Shown here: positions 23,243-33,098 of the stretch, piece after piece
Numbering within the stretch: the first letter of the stretch is position 1
Layout: every line of letters starts with the position of its first letter
Assembly (NCBI GenBank): GCA_001829315.1
Contig: MIAY01000014.1
Span: forward strand, 60,801-124,800
Length of the DNA: 64,000 bases
From: Spirochaetes bacterium GWE1_32_154
GTDB lineage: Bacteria > Spirochaetota > GWE2-31-10
Reading direction: 5' to 3'
The notes under the pieces: model-generated
Seen by the model: the letters and a program-made list of their open reading frames with translations, nothing else
What the model was told of the DNA's origin: nothing
The model's database searches: none
Program-made: the position numbers and the translations under genes

Positions 23243-24550
23243 TCAGGTAAACATAAAATATCTGATATAAAAATAGATCGTTGCAACAAATAAATTAATA
23301 ACTGTTGTAATCCCACCAATTTTAGTAAACTCAATAAATGATATATTATAACCTGATTTTTTTGCAATACCTGCAGAAACAACATTAGCAGATGCACCTA
23401 TAAGTGTTCCATTTCCACCGATACAGGCACCTACTGACAATGCCCACCAAACAGGCTCCATTTCCTGAAATGGTATATTATTTCCTACTTCTTTTAGAAT
23501 AGGTATCATAGTAGCAACATAGGGAATATTATCTATAAATGCAGAGAAAAAGCCGGATGCCCAAAGAATTATATTAGTTGTAAAAAAGATATTGCCTTTA
23601 GTTGCATCGATCATATATTCTGCGATTTTTTTTATAACGCCAACCTGAACAAGACCATCTACTAAAATAAATAGCCCGATAAAGAAAAAAATTGTCCCCC
23701 ATTCCACTTCTTTATAAAATTCCTCAGCAATTTCCTCAGATTTTTCATTTTTCGGGAAAACGCTTAATAACATTAATAATGAAGCCCCTGATAATGCAAT
23801 AATTGAAGCATCAAGATGTACTGTATCATGCAAAATAAAACCTGAAATAACCAATGCTAAAACGATTAAAGATTTAATTAACAATGGAAAATCTTTAATA
23901 GCCTTATTTTCATTAAAATCCATAATCCGGGCTTTTTTCTCCTGGGTTACTATAAGTTGCTTTTTATATTTTAATAGGACAACAAATAAAGTAACAATCA
24001 TCATGATAATAACTATTAAAGATTGATTTGTAATAAAATCATTAAAGCTTAATCCTATAGCACTTCCAATCATAATATTGGGAGGATCGCCTATAAGTGT
24101 TGCTGTTCCACCAATATTTGACGCGATAGCCTGAGAAATAATAAATGGAATTGGTGACAAACCCAATTCTACAGCAATTAATATTGTCACCGGAGTCAGT
24201 ATTAAAACTGTTGTGACATTATCAAGAAAAGCAGAAAATAAACCTGTAATAATAAATAACATTATTATTATCTTAACAGGATCTCCTTTTGCAATTTTTG
24301 AAGCTTTAATAGCAACATATTGAAATAAACCCGATCTTTTCGTAATTCCTACAATTATCATCATACTAATTAAAAGGAAAATTACGTTCCAATCTATAAC
24401 ATTAAATACATTTTCTTTATTAATAACACCTAATATTATTACAAGTGCAGAGCCTACTAATACAGCTATTGTTTTATTTATGTATTCAGTTGTAATAAAT
24501 ACATATACAACAGCAAAAATTGCTATTGCAAAAATCATATGAAAATTCAT
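23243..24550 (-). CDS. Anion/ion permease of the ArsB/NhaD/CitMHS superfamily
   Basis: 435 aa polytopic membrane protein with duplicated hydrophobic halves typical of this transporter superfamily. Confidence 0.6.
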   Translation of the reverse strand: MNFHMIFAIAIFAVVYVFITTEYINKTIAVLVGSALVIILGVINKENVFNVIDWNVIFLLISMMIIVGITKRSGLFQYVAIKASKIAKGDPVKIIIMLFIITGLFSAFLDNVTTVLILTPVTILIAVELGLSPIPFIISQAIASNIGGTATLIGDPPNIMIGSAIGLSFNDFITNQSLIVIIMMIVTLFVVLLKYKKQLIVTQEKKARIMDFNENKAIKDFPLLIKSLIVLALVISGFILHDTVHLDASIIALSGASLLMLLSVFPKNEKSEEIAEEFYKEVEWGTIFFFIGLFILVDGLVQVGVIKKIAEYMIDATKGNIFFTTNIILWASGFFSAFIDNIPYVATMIPILKEVGNNIPFQEMEPVWWALSVGACIGGNGTLIGASANVVSAGIAKKSGYNISFIEFTKIGGITTVINLFVATIYFYIRYFMFT

Positions 24551-24552
24551 AA

Positions 24553-25452
24553 CTATCCCCTTAAAATCTTTTTTAATATGTCCATATAACTGATGACACC
24601 AACAATTTTTTTATCTTTGACAACCGGAATTTGTCTTCTTTTATGTTGCGTCATTTCAAATGTAGCCTCAATAATTGAAGCCTCGGGAGCTAATTGGACA
24701 AGAGGTTTATTCATAATTTTCTTTATTTGAATCGTATCTTCATTCTCAAGCAGTTTATCAAAAGGGTCTAATGTTGATAAGAAACTTAAATTATCCAACA
24801 TCATCGCATAATTGGGAATACCTTCTTTTAATAGATCAAGCGTTGTTACTTCCCCGATAAATTCATCTTTTTCGTCAACTACAGGAATATAACTGATATT
24901 GTTTTTATAAAAAAGGTCTGAAAGCGTTTTTAAAGTATCACTTGGCTTTAAAGTAATGACATTTTTCGTCATTATATCATTAACTGTAGACCCCTTAGTC
25001 AATAAAAACCCGGCCTTTTCAATATTGCTAATAAAATGCCGGGGGTCTTTACTCTTCAAAATAGTTTCAAACAAACTCTCATTACTACTTATTTGAGCAA
25101 ATGCTGATAATATTTTTAAATATAGATTAGAAGTTGTTTTACCAATTAAAAATAATACAACCATTTTTACTGATATACCTTCCTGAATAAATTCCTCTTC
25201 AGGAATATAAATCGAAACAATAATATCATTAAAATTTTCTAATCTGCCATGTGGAATCCAAACACCAGTTGGTAATACAGTTCCACCGAGTGATTCTCTT
25301 TCTTCTATAGTATTAATAACCTTTGGAGAATCAATTTTAAAATCATAGTTTCTTTCAAATTGTCTTATTAAAAAAGAAATTATTTCTTCTTTATTCTTCA
25401 AATTTCCATTAATTACAATGTAATCTTCATTTAATATACTTGATAATTTCAT
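24553..25452 (-). CDS. Regulatory protein with PTS EIIA(Ntr)-type domain fused to a CBS domain pair
   Basis: 299 aa; N-terminal EIIA-2-like region with conserved His in a VWIPHGR context, followed by a CBS-pair-like C-terminal half; 2 bp from the permease gene. Confidence 0.55.
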   Translation of the reverse strand: MKLSSILNEDYIVINGNLKNKEEIISFLIRQFERNYDFKIDSPKVINTIEERESLGGTVLPTGVWIPHGRLENFNDIIVSIYIPEEEFIQEGISVKMVVLFLIGKTTSNLYLKILSAFAQISSNESLFETILKSKDPRHFISNIEKAGFLLTKGSTVNDIMTKNVITLKPSDTLKTLSDLFYKNNISYIPVVDEKDEFIGEVTTLDLLKEGIPNYAMMLDNLSFLSTLDPFDKLLENEDTIQIKKIMNKPLVQLAPEASIIEATFEMTQHKRRQIPVVKDKKIVGVISYMDILKKILRG

Positions 25453-25500
25453 ATATCCACCTTTAAATTTTTAAAATTCAGAATTATGATATATATACCA

Positions 25501-25812
25501 CTATGGAAATGAAAGAACAAAAAGAAGTTTTTTTAATATATATTTATAAAATAATTGATTATAAATAAAAATACGATCAAATTTTATTATATAATCATTA
25601 AAAAAGTCAGAAAATAAAAAAATTATAAGTAAATTTTTATCAAACTTAGTTGTATCATTTTCATTACATGTCATTAAATTAATCTCATAATCTTCATTAT
25701 AAAATAATTGGTTCTTTGTATTTATTCCACACGATTGAAGAAAGGTTAATAATACTAACATTATAACTATAATTTTATTTACCATTTTATAATTATACAA
25801 AAAAAAATTCAC
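25501..25812 (-). CDS. Hypothetical small lipoprotein
   Basis: 103 aa ORF; signal peptide ending in LQSCG lipobox-like sequence. Confidence 0.35.
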   Translation of the reverse strand: MNFFLYNYKMVNKIIVIMLVLLTFLQSCGINTKNQLFYNEDYEINLMTCNENDTTKFDKNLLIIFLFSDFFNDYIIKFDRIFIYNQLFYKYILKKLLFVLSFP

Positions 25813-25888
25813 AAATGCATTTTCTTTTACATTTATATTGATATTTTACTCTATAGAGTTTATTTTAATGTATTAGTAAGGAATCAAA

Positions 25889-26098
25889 ATGAAAGAATTA
25901 AAATGGAGAAAATGCCCTCTATGTGGTGCATGGAGTTTCTACATAGATATTCCTGGTAATGTAATTATTACTTTTAGAATAACAAATACTGGAGAAATTA
26001 CATTTACCTGTCATGATAGAACATATCCAATAACTGATCAAACTCGCATTCATTGTTTAAGTTGCTCATGGTCAGGAACAATTGACGATTTGGATTAA
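25889..26098 (+). CDS. Small zinc-ribbon-like protein (69 aa)
   Basis: Cys pairs CPLCG and CLSCS plus CHD; located 70 bp upstream of mnmG on the same strand. Confidence 0.45.
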   Translation: MKELKWRKCPLCGAWSFYIDIPGNVIITFRITNTGEITFTCHDRTYPITDQTRIHCLSCSWSGTIDDLD

Positions 26099-26166
26099 TA
26101 ATATTTTACTAATTTTCTATTATATGATAAAACCGCAATAGTAACATACAAGGAAGGTTTTTTTCA

Positions 26167-28038
26167 ATGATACATAGAGATTACGACATTATAATAGTAG
26201 GTGGTGGGCATGCAGGTTGTGAAGCTGCATATATAGCATCAAAAAGAGGATATAAAACCATTCTAATAACCCAGAATCCTGATACAATTGCAAAAATGAG
26301 TTGTAACCCATCAATTGGCGGAATCGGGAAAGGACACCTTGTAAGAGAATTAGATGCATTAGGCGGTATAATGGCTAAAACAATAGACCGTTCAATGATT
26401 CAATTCAGAATGTTAAATACTAAAAAAGGACCTGCTGTTCAAGCAATGCGTTCACAAGCTGATAAACTTGATTATCATGTCGCAATGAAAAAAACTCTTG
26501 AAAACAGTAAAGATCTTGATATATTTATGGATACTGTTGTGGACTTAAAAATAGAAAACAACGCAATTATTGGTGTCATAACAGAGCGGGGAAATACAAT
26601 TTCTGCTAAAGCTGTAGTATTAACCACCGGAACATTTATGGAAGGAAAAATACACATCGGACAATATAACAGTATGAATGGAAGAATTGGAGAATTAGCA
26701 GCATTAGGTTTATCTGCTAATCTTCGAAAGATCGGATTTGATGTCGGTAGATTAAAAACAGGAACCCCTGCACGAGTTACCAAAAGAAGTATAGATTTTT
26801 CAATACTTGAAAAACAGGATGGTGACCCGATGCTATTTCGTTTTGCAAATTTTGATGACACTCCAATAGACCGGCCAAATGTGCCTTGTTATGTCACTTA
26901 TACAAATGAAAAAACGCATTCAATTCTTCGTGATAATTTTGAACGCTCTCCTTTATTCTCAGGACGTATAAAAGGTGTCGGCCCCCGTTACTGCCCTTCT
27001 ATAGAAGATAAAGTAAAGAAATTCCCGGATAGAGAAAGACATCAGGTTTTTATAGAACCGGAAGGTTTGTATACGGATGAACTTTATTTAAACGGGTTAT
27101 CAACATCAATGCCGGAAGATGTGCAATACGCATTCTTAAAATCTATTGCGGGGTTTGAAAATATTGAGATAGTCAGACCGGCATACGCTGTAGAATATGA
27201 CTATCTTAATCCGATTCAATTAAAACCATCACTTGAAACAAAACTTATTTCAGGGTTATTTTTAGCTGGTCAAACCAATGGCACTTCAGGATATGAAGAA
27301 GCTGCAGCTCAAGGTACTATTGCAGGGATTAATGCATGTCTATTCGTAGAAGGTTCAGAACCATTAATACTGGGAAGAGATGAAGCGTATTTAGGTGTTC
27401 TTATTGACGACCTGGTAACTCAAGGGACTACTGAACCATATAGAATGTTTACATCGCGTGCTGAATATCGTTTACGACTGCGACAGGATAATTGTGATTT
27501 ACGACTCACTCAATATGCAATTGAAAGAGGTTTTATTTCCGGGGTTGAAAAAGATAGATTTGAAAATCGAATCATTGAAATATCCACAATAAAAGACCTT
27601 CTTAATAAAACAAAACTAAAAAAAGATCAGATTGAATTAATCAATCTGCAAGGAATAAAAAGCGGTTCAAAATGGGAAGATTATATAAAAAACCCGAATA
27701 CTGATTTTCAAGATGCTTTTAGTTTATTTATTAAAGATTTTTCAAATATCACTCAATCCTCATTTAATACTGCTGCTATAGAAATAAAATATGAAGGGTA
27801 TGTGGCAAAACAGGAAAAAGATGTTCAAAAAACAAAAAAACAAACAGAACGAATCATCCCGCTTGATATAAACTATGATGATATCCGTGGCATTTCAAAT
27901 GAAAGTCGGGATAAGTTCAAATCAGTAAAACCTGTGAATATAGGTCAGGCATCACGAATCAGCGGAATAACACCGGCAGACATTACAATTTTAAGTATTT
28001 ATATATACACCCAAAATCAGAAGAAAAATAAATTATAA
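26167..28038 (+). CDS. mnmG: tRNA uridine 5-carboxymethylaminomethyl modification enzyme MnmG (GidA)
   Basis: 623 aa; FAD-binding [13 protein letters not shown]-terminus, full-length GidA architecture. Confidence 0.95.
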   Translation: MIHRDYDIIIVGGGHAGCEAAYIASKRGYKTILITQNPDTIAKMSCNPSIGGIGKGHLVRELDALGGIMAKTIDRSMIQFRMLNTKKGPAVQAMRSQADKLDYHVAMKKTLENSKDLDIFMDTVVDLKIENNAIIGVITERGNTISAKAVVLTTGTFMEGKIHIGQYNSMNGRIGELAALGLSANLRKIGFDVGRLKTGTPARVTKRSIDFSILEKQDGDPMLFRFANFDDTPIDRPNVPCYVTYTNEKTHSILRDNFERSPLFSGRIKGVGPRYCPSIEDKVKKFPDRERHQVFIEPEGLYTDELYLNGLSTSMPEDVQYAFLKSIAGFENIEIVRPAYAVEYDYLNPIQLKPSLETKLISGLFLAGQTNGTSGYEEAAAQGTIAGINACLFVEGSEPLILGRDEAYLGVLIDDLVTQGTTEPYRMFTSRAEYRLRLRQDNCDLRLTQYAIERGFISGVEKDRFENRIIEISTIKDLLNKTKLKKDQIELINLQGIKSGSKWEDYIKNPNTDFQDAFSLFIKDFSNITQSSFNTAAIEIKYEGYVAKQEKDVQKTKKQTERIIPLDINYDDIRGISNESRDKFKSVKPVNIGQASRISGITPADITILSIYIYTQNQKKNKL

Positions 28039-28056
28039 ATGAAGTAAAAGGTGAAA

Positions 28057-29466
28057 TTAATCAATATCACCTTTTGTTTGTAATAAATGCCCTATTTCTT
28101 TTAATATTTCTGTCAATTGTTTCTTTTCTACAACCTCAAGCATTCTTGATTCAATAAAATTAATAGCAGTATCACTAAAACTGCCGGCAGTAATACAAAC
28201 TCCTTTATCTGTTTTTTCATCTTTTAACATATTATAAATATTTCTAACTGTAAAATCACCAATGATTGTATTTGATCTAAAAAAAATAAAATAATATGTT
28301 AAAACAAATTTATTACTGGAAACTTCAACACGTATCTCCATTTCACCTCTTTGATTTAACTGAGTCGAAATATATTTAAGATTACCTGTCAGCGTTGAAT
28401 ATTTTGAAATATAATATTTCACAAACATTTTACAAATATTGGTAAATTCGTTGATAGAACCAATCAAATATTTTTCTAATAAAGTATTTCTCGCAAGCTG
28501 TGCATATAAATCGATTTTTTGTTGAACATCTTTATATGACGCATCGATTTTAGCAGCTTCTTCTAAATAATACAGAGATTTTGCAACATTATGGATATTA
28601 AAATAACATTCAGATAATAAATAATACATTTCCAATAAATATGCTGTTTTTGATGAAAATTTATCTTTCATTTTAATTAATTTTTCTAGCATTTCTATTG
28701 CTTGAACATATGCTTTATCTTTTTTATTAATATTTGCAATAATAAATAATGCATCAATAGAATATTTATCAATATTCATAATATTAACTAAAATCCGTTT
28801 TGCATCTTCACTTTTATTCAATTTATAAAGTCCATACCCCATATAATATAAAGCTTCATAGTCATCAGGTTTCAATTCAATAATTTTACTCATAGAATTA
28901 ACACATTCACGATATGAACCTGCTTGAAATGATAAAATTCCTTTAATTTTTTGAGACTCTTCGTCTTCCGGCTTAACCCTTGAAGCAATTGTCATAAAAG
29001 CCAATGCTTTTTCGAAATTTTCAGCATCATATTCAATTTTACCCAAATAAAAATTAGTTTCAAAATCAAGATCATCAATTTTTTTAGCAAATGAAAAATA
29101 TTTTTTTGCATCAGCAATATTATTGAGATGATAATAACTTTTTCCGGCTGTTACAGTATATTTTAATTCACTTATATCAGGATTTGAAACTGAAGCATCA
29201 ATTAATAACATGCATTCTTTGATAGCCGGTAAATACATTTTTGACAAAAACAAAACCTCTACTAATTTTTCTCTTGTTTTATGATCTGATGGTTTATTTT
29301 TCAAAATTTTCCTTAATTCATCTATAGCAAGGTAACTATTTTCTTTATTGATATTTTTTAAATTGCTGTCAACTTTCTTTTTTCCCATTTTTTTTAACAC
29401 TGTAATGGCAATTGAAAAAAAAACTATTAAACCACACAAAAGAGTAAGTATTAAAAGTATATCCAC
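28057..29466 (-). CDS. Membrane-anchored TPR-repeat protein with C-terminal restriction-endonuclease-like (Mrr-cat-like) domain
   Basis: 469 aa; N-terminal TM helix, several TPR-like repeats, C-terminal segment (TIIGDFTVRNIYNMLKDEKTDKGVCITAGSFSDTAINFI) resembling the Mrr catalytic-fold region. Confidence 0.5.
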   Translation of the reverse strand: MDILLILTLLCGLIVFFSIAITVLKKMGKKKVDSNLKNINKENSYLAIDELRKILKNKPSDHKTREKLVEVLFLSKMYLPAIKECMLLIDASVSNPDISELKYTVTAGKSYYHLNNIADAKKYFSFAKKIDDLDFETNFYLGKIEYDAENFEKALAFMTIASRVKPEDEESQKIKGILSFQAGSYRECVNSMSKIIELKPDDYEALYYMGYGLYKLNKSEDAKRILVNIMNIDKYSIDALFIIANINKKDKAYVQAIEMLEKLIKMKDKFSSKTAYLLEMYYLLSECYFNIHNVAKSLYYLEEAAKIDASYKDVQQKIDLYAQLARNTLLEKYLIGSINEFTNICKMFVKYYISKYSTLTGNLKYISTQLNQRGEMEIRVEVSSNKFVLTYYFIFFRSNTIIGDFTVRNIYNMLKDEKTDKGVCITAGSFSDTAINFIESRMLEVVEKKQLTEILKEIGHLLQTKGDID

Positions 29467-29496
29467 TTGTCCTCCAAAAAATTTTTATATGAAAAA

Positions 29497-29606
29497 CCTC
29501 TTGCAAAAATACTTTTCTTTTCTCGAATTTTTGCATGAGGGTACTTCTAACGCAATTATATTGCGTATGGCGGGAGCAAAAATAATGTACTCATGATTTT
29601 TGCAAG
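29497..29606. promoter_or_regulatory. Divergent intergenic region with three copies of 12-mer TCTTGCAAAAAT (one direct, two inverted), candidate operator cluster
   Basis: TCTTGCAAAAAT at 29499-29510; ATTTTTGCATGA at 29527-29538; ATTTTTGCAAGA at 29595-29606; the first two form a 13/14 bp inverted repeat. Confidence 0.4.
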
Positions 29607-29802
29607 AACCTCTGAATATTCTAAATTATTTTTTAATTTTTTACAATAGCTGTACATGCAAATAAAAAATTTAATACTGATTAAAGATCTGCTTTATAGT
29701 TAAAATATTTTACAAGTATCTCTTAAGATAATACATTATAATGCCGAAAAAATAAATACTGCAATAAAAAAAAGCAGAATTTTACAATGTAAGGAGGACA
29801 AA

Positions 29803-30726
29803 GTGGCTCTCCCAAAAAGTATTGGAATTAGATTATTTGATGACAGTTTTGTTCCTGTTTTAACTGAAGGTGAAGTAAAAAATAAAAGAGTAATTTTAAC
29901 AACAGTAAGAGATAATCAGGAAAAGGCAATTATTGAACTGTTTGAAGGAACAAGTGATACTTGTTCTGAAAATGAATATCTTGGTAAATTAACAATCGAT
30001 ATAAATAGGAATACTGACAAAGGTGAACCGGGACTTGAGGTTAATCTACGATTAGATGATGATGGTGTTCTTTATGCAAAAGCATGGGATCAGGAAAGTA
30101 AAGAAGAGAGTGAAATAGTGATTGAACATTCTTCTGCAAGACAGATTATTCCTGAAACATTGACTGATGATGAGATCAATGATATGGGGGATACAAAATA
30201 TCAGGAAATTCCGAGTTATTATGAAGACTCAAATCAGGATTATGTGACTCACAAAATGAATAATGAACCTGTAACATCTTACAGCGAAGAAAAATCTCCG
30301 GATAAAAAACTGATTATTATAATTTTAGCAATTATTCTTTTATTAATTCTTGGTATCTTAGTATTTTTTATGCTAAAAAACAATGCTAAAAAAGAACCAA
30401 AACCAGTTGTTACCGAAACTATTGTTGAGACAACAAATGTTATTGAAGAACCTGAAATATTACCTCCGCCTGAAGAAATAAAACCGGTTGAAATGAAGCA
30501 GGAAACAGAAACAATAATTGGAACAAATAAACTTGAAGGTAAAAAGCACTTTGTAAAAAGAGGTGACAATCTATGGAATATTTGTAAAAAGTACTACAAA
30601 GATCCATGGTATTATCCGAATCTCGCTGAATTAAATCAAATAAATAACCCACGATTGATATTAGCAGGATCATATATTATAATACCGCAAAAATCATCAG
30701 TTAAAAGGTGGGATTTTTCCAGATAA
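29803..30726 (+). CDS. Membrane protein with N-terminal Hsp70 (DnaK) substrate-binding-domain-like region, single TM helix and C-terminal LysM domain
   Basis: 307 aa; GTG start preceded by AAGGAGG; residues 5-125 align by eye with the DnaK beta-sandwich SBD (SIGIRLFDD..VLTEG..DNQEKAIIELFEG..YLGKLTIDI..LEVNLRLDDDGVLYAKAWD); hydrophobic helix about 170-192; C-terminal LysM-like motif (HFVKRGDNLWNICKKYY..LAELNQINNP..ILAGSYIIIP). Confidence 0.6.
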   Translation: MALPKSIGIRLFDDSFVPVLTEGEVKNKRVILTTVRDNQEKAIIELFEGTSDTCSENEYLGKLTIDINRNTDKGEPGLEVNLRLDDDGVLYAKAWDQESKEESEIVIEHSSARQIIPETLTDDEINDMGDTKYQEIPSYYEDSNQDYVTHKMNNEPVTSYSEEKSPDKKLIIIILAIILLLILGILVFFMLKNNAKKEPKPVVTETIVETTNVIEEPEILPPPEEIKPVEMKQETETIIGTNKLEGKKHFVKRGDNLWNICKKYYKDPWYYPNLAELNQINNPRLILAGSYIIIPQKSSVKRWDFSR

Positions 30727-30815
30727 TATGTATAATCGATAAAAGCGTAATTATTTATAATTACGCTTTTTTTAGCATTTCGACACTTGTATTAATTTAA
30801 AAAAAATCGTAAGTT

Positions 30816-31808
30816 ATGAAAATGAATAAAAAACTCAATCATATAATTGTACTCTTAATTTTAATTTTTATTGGATGTAAATCTACTGTCCCCCCAATAG
30901 TATATGATCAATCATATTCAAATTTAAAAAATGAAATTGAAATTATAACACTATTAATTAATCAAAATGACTTTAATAATGCACAAAAAAGAATCAATCA
31001 AAACCTTTCAGTTTACAATAATGATTTACAACTATTGACACTATCGATTCATTTATTAACAAAAGAAGGTAAGTATTCTGAAGCATTAAATAATGCTGAG
31101 AATTTATTATTAAAAAACAAGTCAAATCCCCTGCTCTATGCTCTATTAGCAACGATTTATTATCATAATGGTGATATTGAAAAAGCACACAATTATATTA
31201 AATTATCATTAAGTATTTCAAAAAATATTTCTTATACATGGTATCAAAAAGGTTTTTTTGAATATAATGAAAAAAATTATAATGCATCTGAAATAAGTTT
31301 TAACAGAGCTTATTTATTGGATAAAAACAATACCGATGCTTATTTTTTTCGATATTTATCAAGACTTTACATACAACAGAATATTGACGAATTAAAAAAA
31401 GAATGGAACTTTATTAAAGAAAATATCATACTTTCGTCAGCTCATTATGTATATCATGCTATTGTTTTATATGAAATAAAGAGTATCAAAGATGCTGAAG
31501 AAATAATTAATGAAGGGTTCTCATTATTTCCCGATGATCCTTTTATTTTAAATTGCATCGCATACTTAATTACAATAAACTATAGTAATACTCAAGAAAA
31601 AGATGACTTGCTCTTAACAGATGCATTGGATAAAATATTGAAATCATTATCCTATACTATTCTGCCGGAATTCGCAGATACTCATTTACAAATACTTTAT
31701 TTACAGAAAAATTATACTGAACTGGAAAATAACTATAATAAATATAAACTTCTATTTCCTGAAAATCAAATTATTCAGGAATGGAATATAAAAATCAAAC
31801 CGGAGTAA
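30816..31808 (+). CDS. TPR-repeat lipoprotein
   Basis: 330 aa; signal peptide with LIFIGC lipobox, TPR-like repeats. Confidence 0.5.
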   Translation: MKMNKKLNHIIVLLILIFIGCKSTVPPIVYDQSYSNLKNEIEIITLLINQNDFNNAQKRINQNLSVYNNDLQLLTLSIHLLTKEGKYSEALNNAENLLLKNKSNPLLYALLATIYYHNGDIEKAHNYIKLSLSISKNISYTWYQKGFFEYNEKNYNASEISFNRAYLLDKNNTDAYFFRYLSRLYIQQNIDELKKEWNFIKENIILSSAHYVYHAIVLYEIKSIKDAEEIINEGFSLFPDDPFILNCIAYLITINYSNTQEKDDLLLTDALDKILKSLSYTILPEFADTHLQILYLQKNYTELENNYNKYKLLFPENQIIQEWNIKIKPE

Positions 31809-31812
31809 AATA

Positions 31813-33087
31813 ATGAAATATTCAATAATGAAAAACTCTTGCAAAAATACATTTTTTACTTCTTTTTTTTGCAAAAGCTTTTATATACTCTTTCTATTTA
31901 TAAGTCTGTCATGTTCAAACATGAAGGATAAAAGTAAAATAGTCCCGATTTTTTCTTTTGATATAGGTTATGATGAAAAAGAGTTAGGGCTGGTTAATGA
32001 AGTAATACATCAGGAACAAAAAAATATAAATTACTGTTATTCTAACGGTTTTTATTTTATTTCAGATAGAATCAATAATAAAATACTCAAAGTTACCGAA
32101 TCGGGAGAAATATTACTCACTATTTTTAATAAAATAAATTATCCTGTTATTGCTGAAAATACAGGTAACACTGATAATAATCAAACAAGTGATGTAGACT
32201 ATTTAATTCTATATAGTGAATACAATTTAATGTCTCCAGGGTTAATATCAGCTGATAATGAAAAGAATATTTTCATAATTAATAGCAACCCGGATTATAA
32301 AAAACTGAAAAATAATGTTGTTGAAGATAAAATAATCTTAAAATTTAATCCTAATGGTATACTGGAATTTGAATTAGGTCGAAATGGTATTAATACAGAA
32401 CCCTTTGGCTATATTATCAGCATGAAAAATGATGTAGATAATAATCTTGTTATTATTGAAAAAATGAATGATGGTTTTCAAATCTACAAATTCTCATCTC
32501 AAGGCACATTAATATTAAAATCAACAATTACATTAAAAAATATTCCTTTATTAAAAAATGAAATTAGTTACATTATTTCGTTTGTTGACATCAGATCAGA
32601 TTATCGGGAAAATGAAATTTATATTACCTGTCAATTTGCAAGTAAAGAAACGACAATGATGTTGGAAACATATTCTATTGAATATGAAAAGATTTATTTA
32701 TATTCGCTAAAAGAAAACAAAATATCAAAAATGTTATTAAAAATTAACCAGGAATATGAAGATTTATCTAAATTTAAATTAAATCAGGATATTACAGAAC
32801 TTTATGGAGATAAAAAATCAATTGCCAAGCCATTTCAATCAATAATCGGTTTAGATAATGTAAACAATATATATTTATTTCAGAAAGAAATTCCTTTTCA
32901 GAGTATTACTGCTAATAATCAATATATTATGAAATATCTCGAAACAGGTAAACTTAGTAAAACTTCTTTTGTTGAATTTGAAAAAAACGCACTTTTTGTT
33001 AATAATTACTATTTAACTAATGATGGAAGAATAATAACATACATAATTAAGGAAGATAAAATTAACTTTGTTAAAATACTACTGTAA
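31813..33087 (+). CDS. Hypothetical lipoprotein
   Basis: 424 aa; hydrophobic N-terminus with LSC lipobox-like motif; no recognisable domain; contains a fourth copy of the TCTTGCAAAAAT 12-mer at 31837-31848. Confidence 0.45.
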   Translation: MKYSIMKNSCKNTFFTSFFCKSFYILFLFISLSCSNMKDKSKIVPIFSFDIGYDEKELGLVNEVIHQEQKNINYCYSNGFYFISDRINNKILKVTESGEILLTIFNKINYPVIAENTGNTDNNQTSDVDYLILYSEYNLMSPGLISADNEKNIFIINSNPDYKKLKNNVVEDKIILKFNPNGILEFELGRNGINTEPFGYIISMKNDVDNNLVIIEKMNDGFQIYKFSSQGTLILKSTITLKNIPLLKNEISYIISFVDIRSDYRENEIYITCQFASKETTMMLETYSIEYEKIYLYSLKENKISKMLLKINQEYEDLSKFKLNQDITELYGDKKSIAKPFQSIIGLDNVNNIYLFQKEIPFQSITANNQYIMKYLETGKLSKTSFVEFEKNALFVNNYYLTNDGRIITYIIKEDKINFVKILL

Positions 33088-33098
33088 GTTGGTAATTC

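Noticed and set aside
29460-29600. Sigma-54 (-24/-12) promoter suggested by the TTGCA elements in the 29.5 kb intergenic region
   Set aside because: No GG dinucleotide at the required 10-nt spacing upstream of any TTGCA copy; the motif is better described as a repeated operator-like 12-mer.
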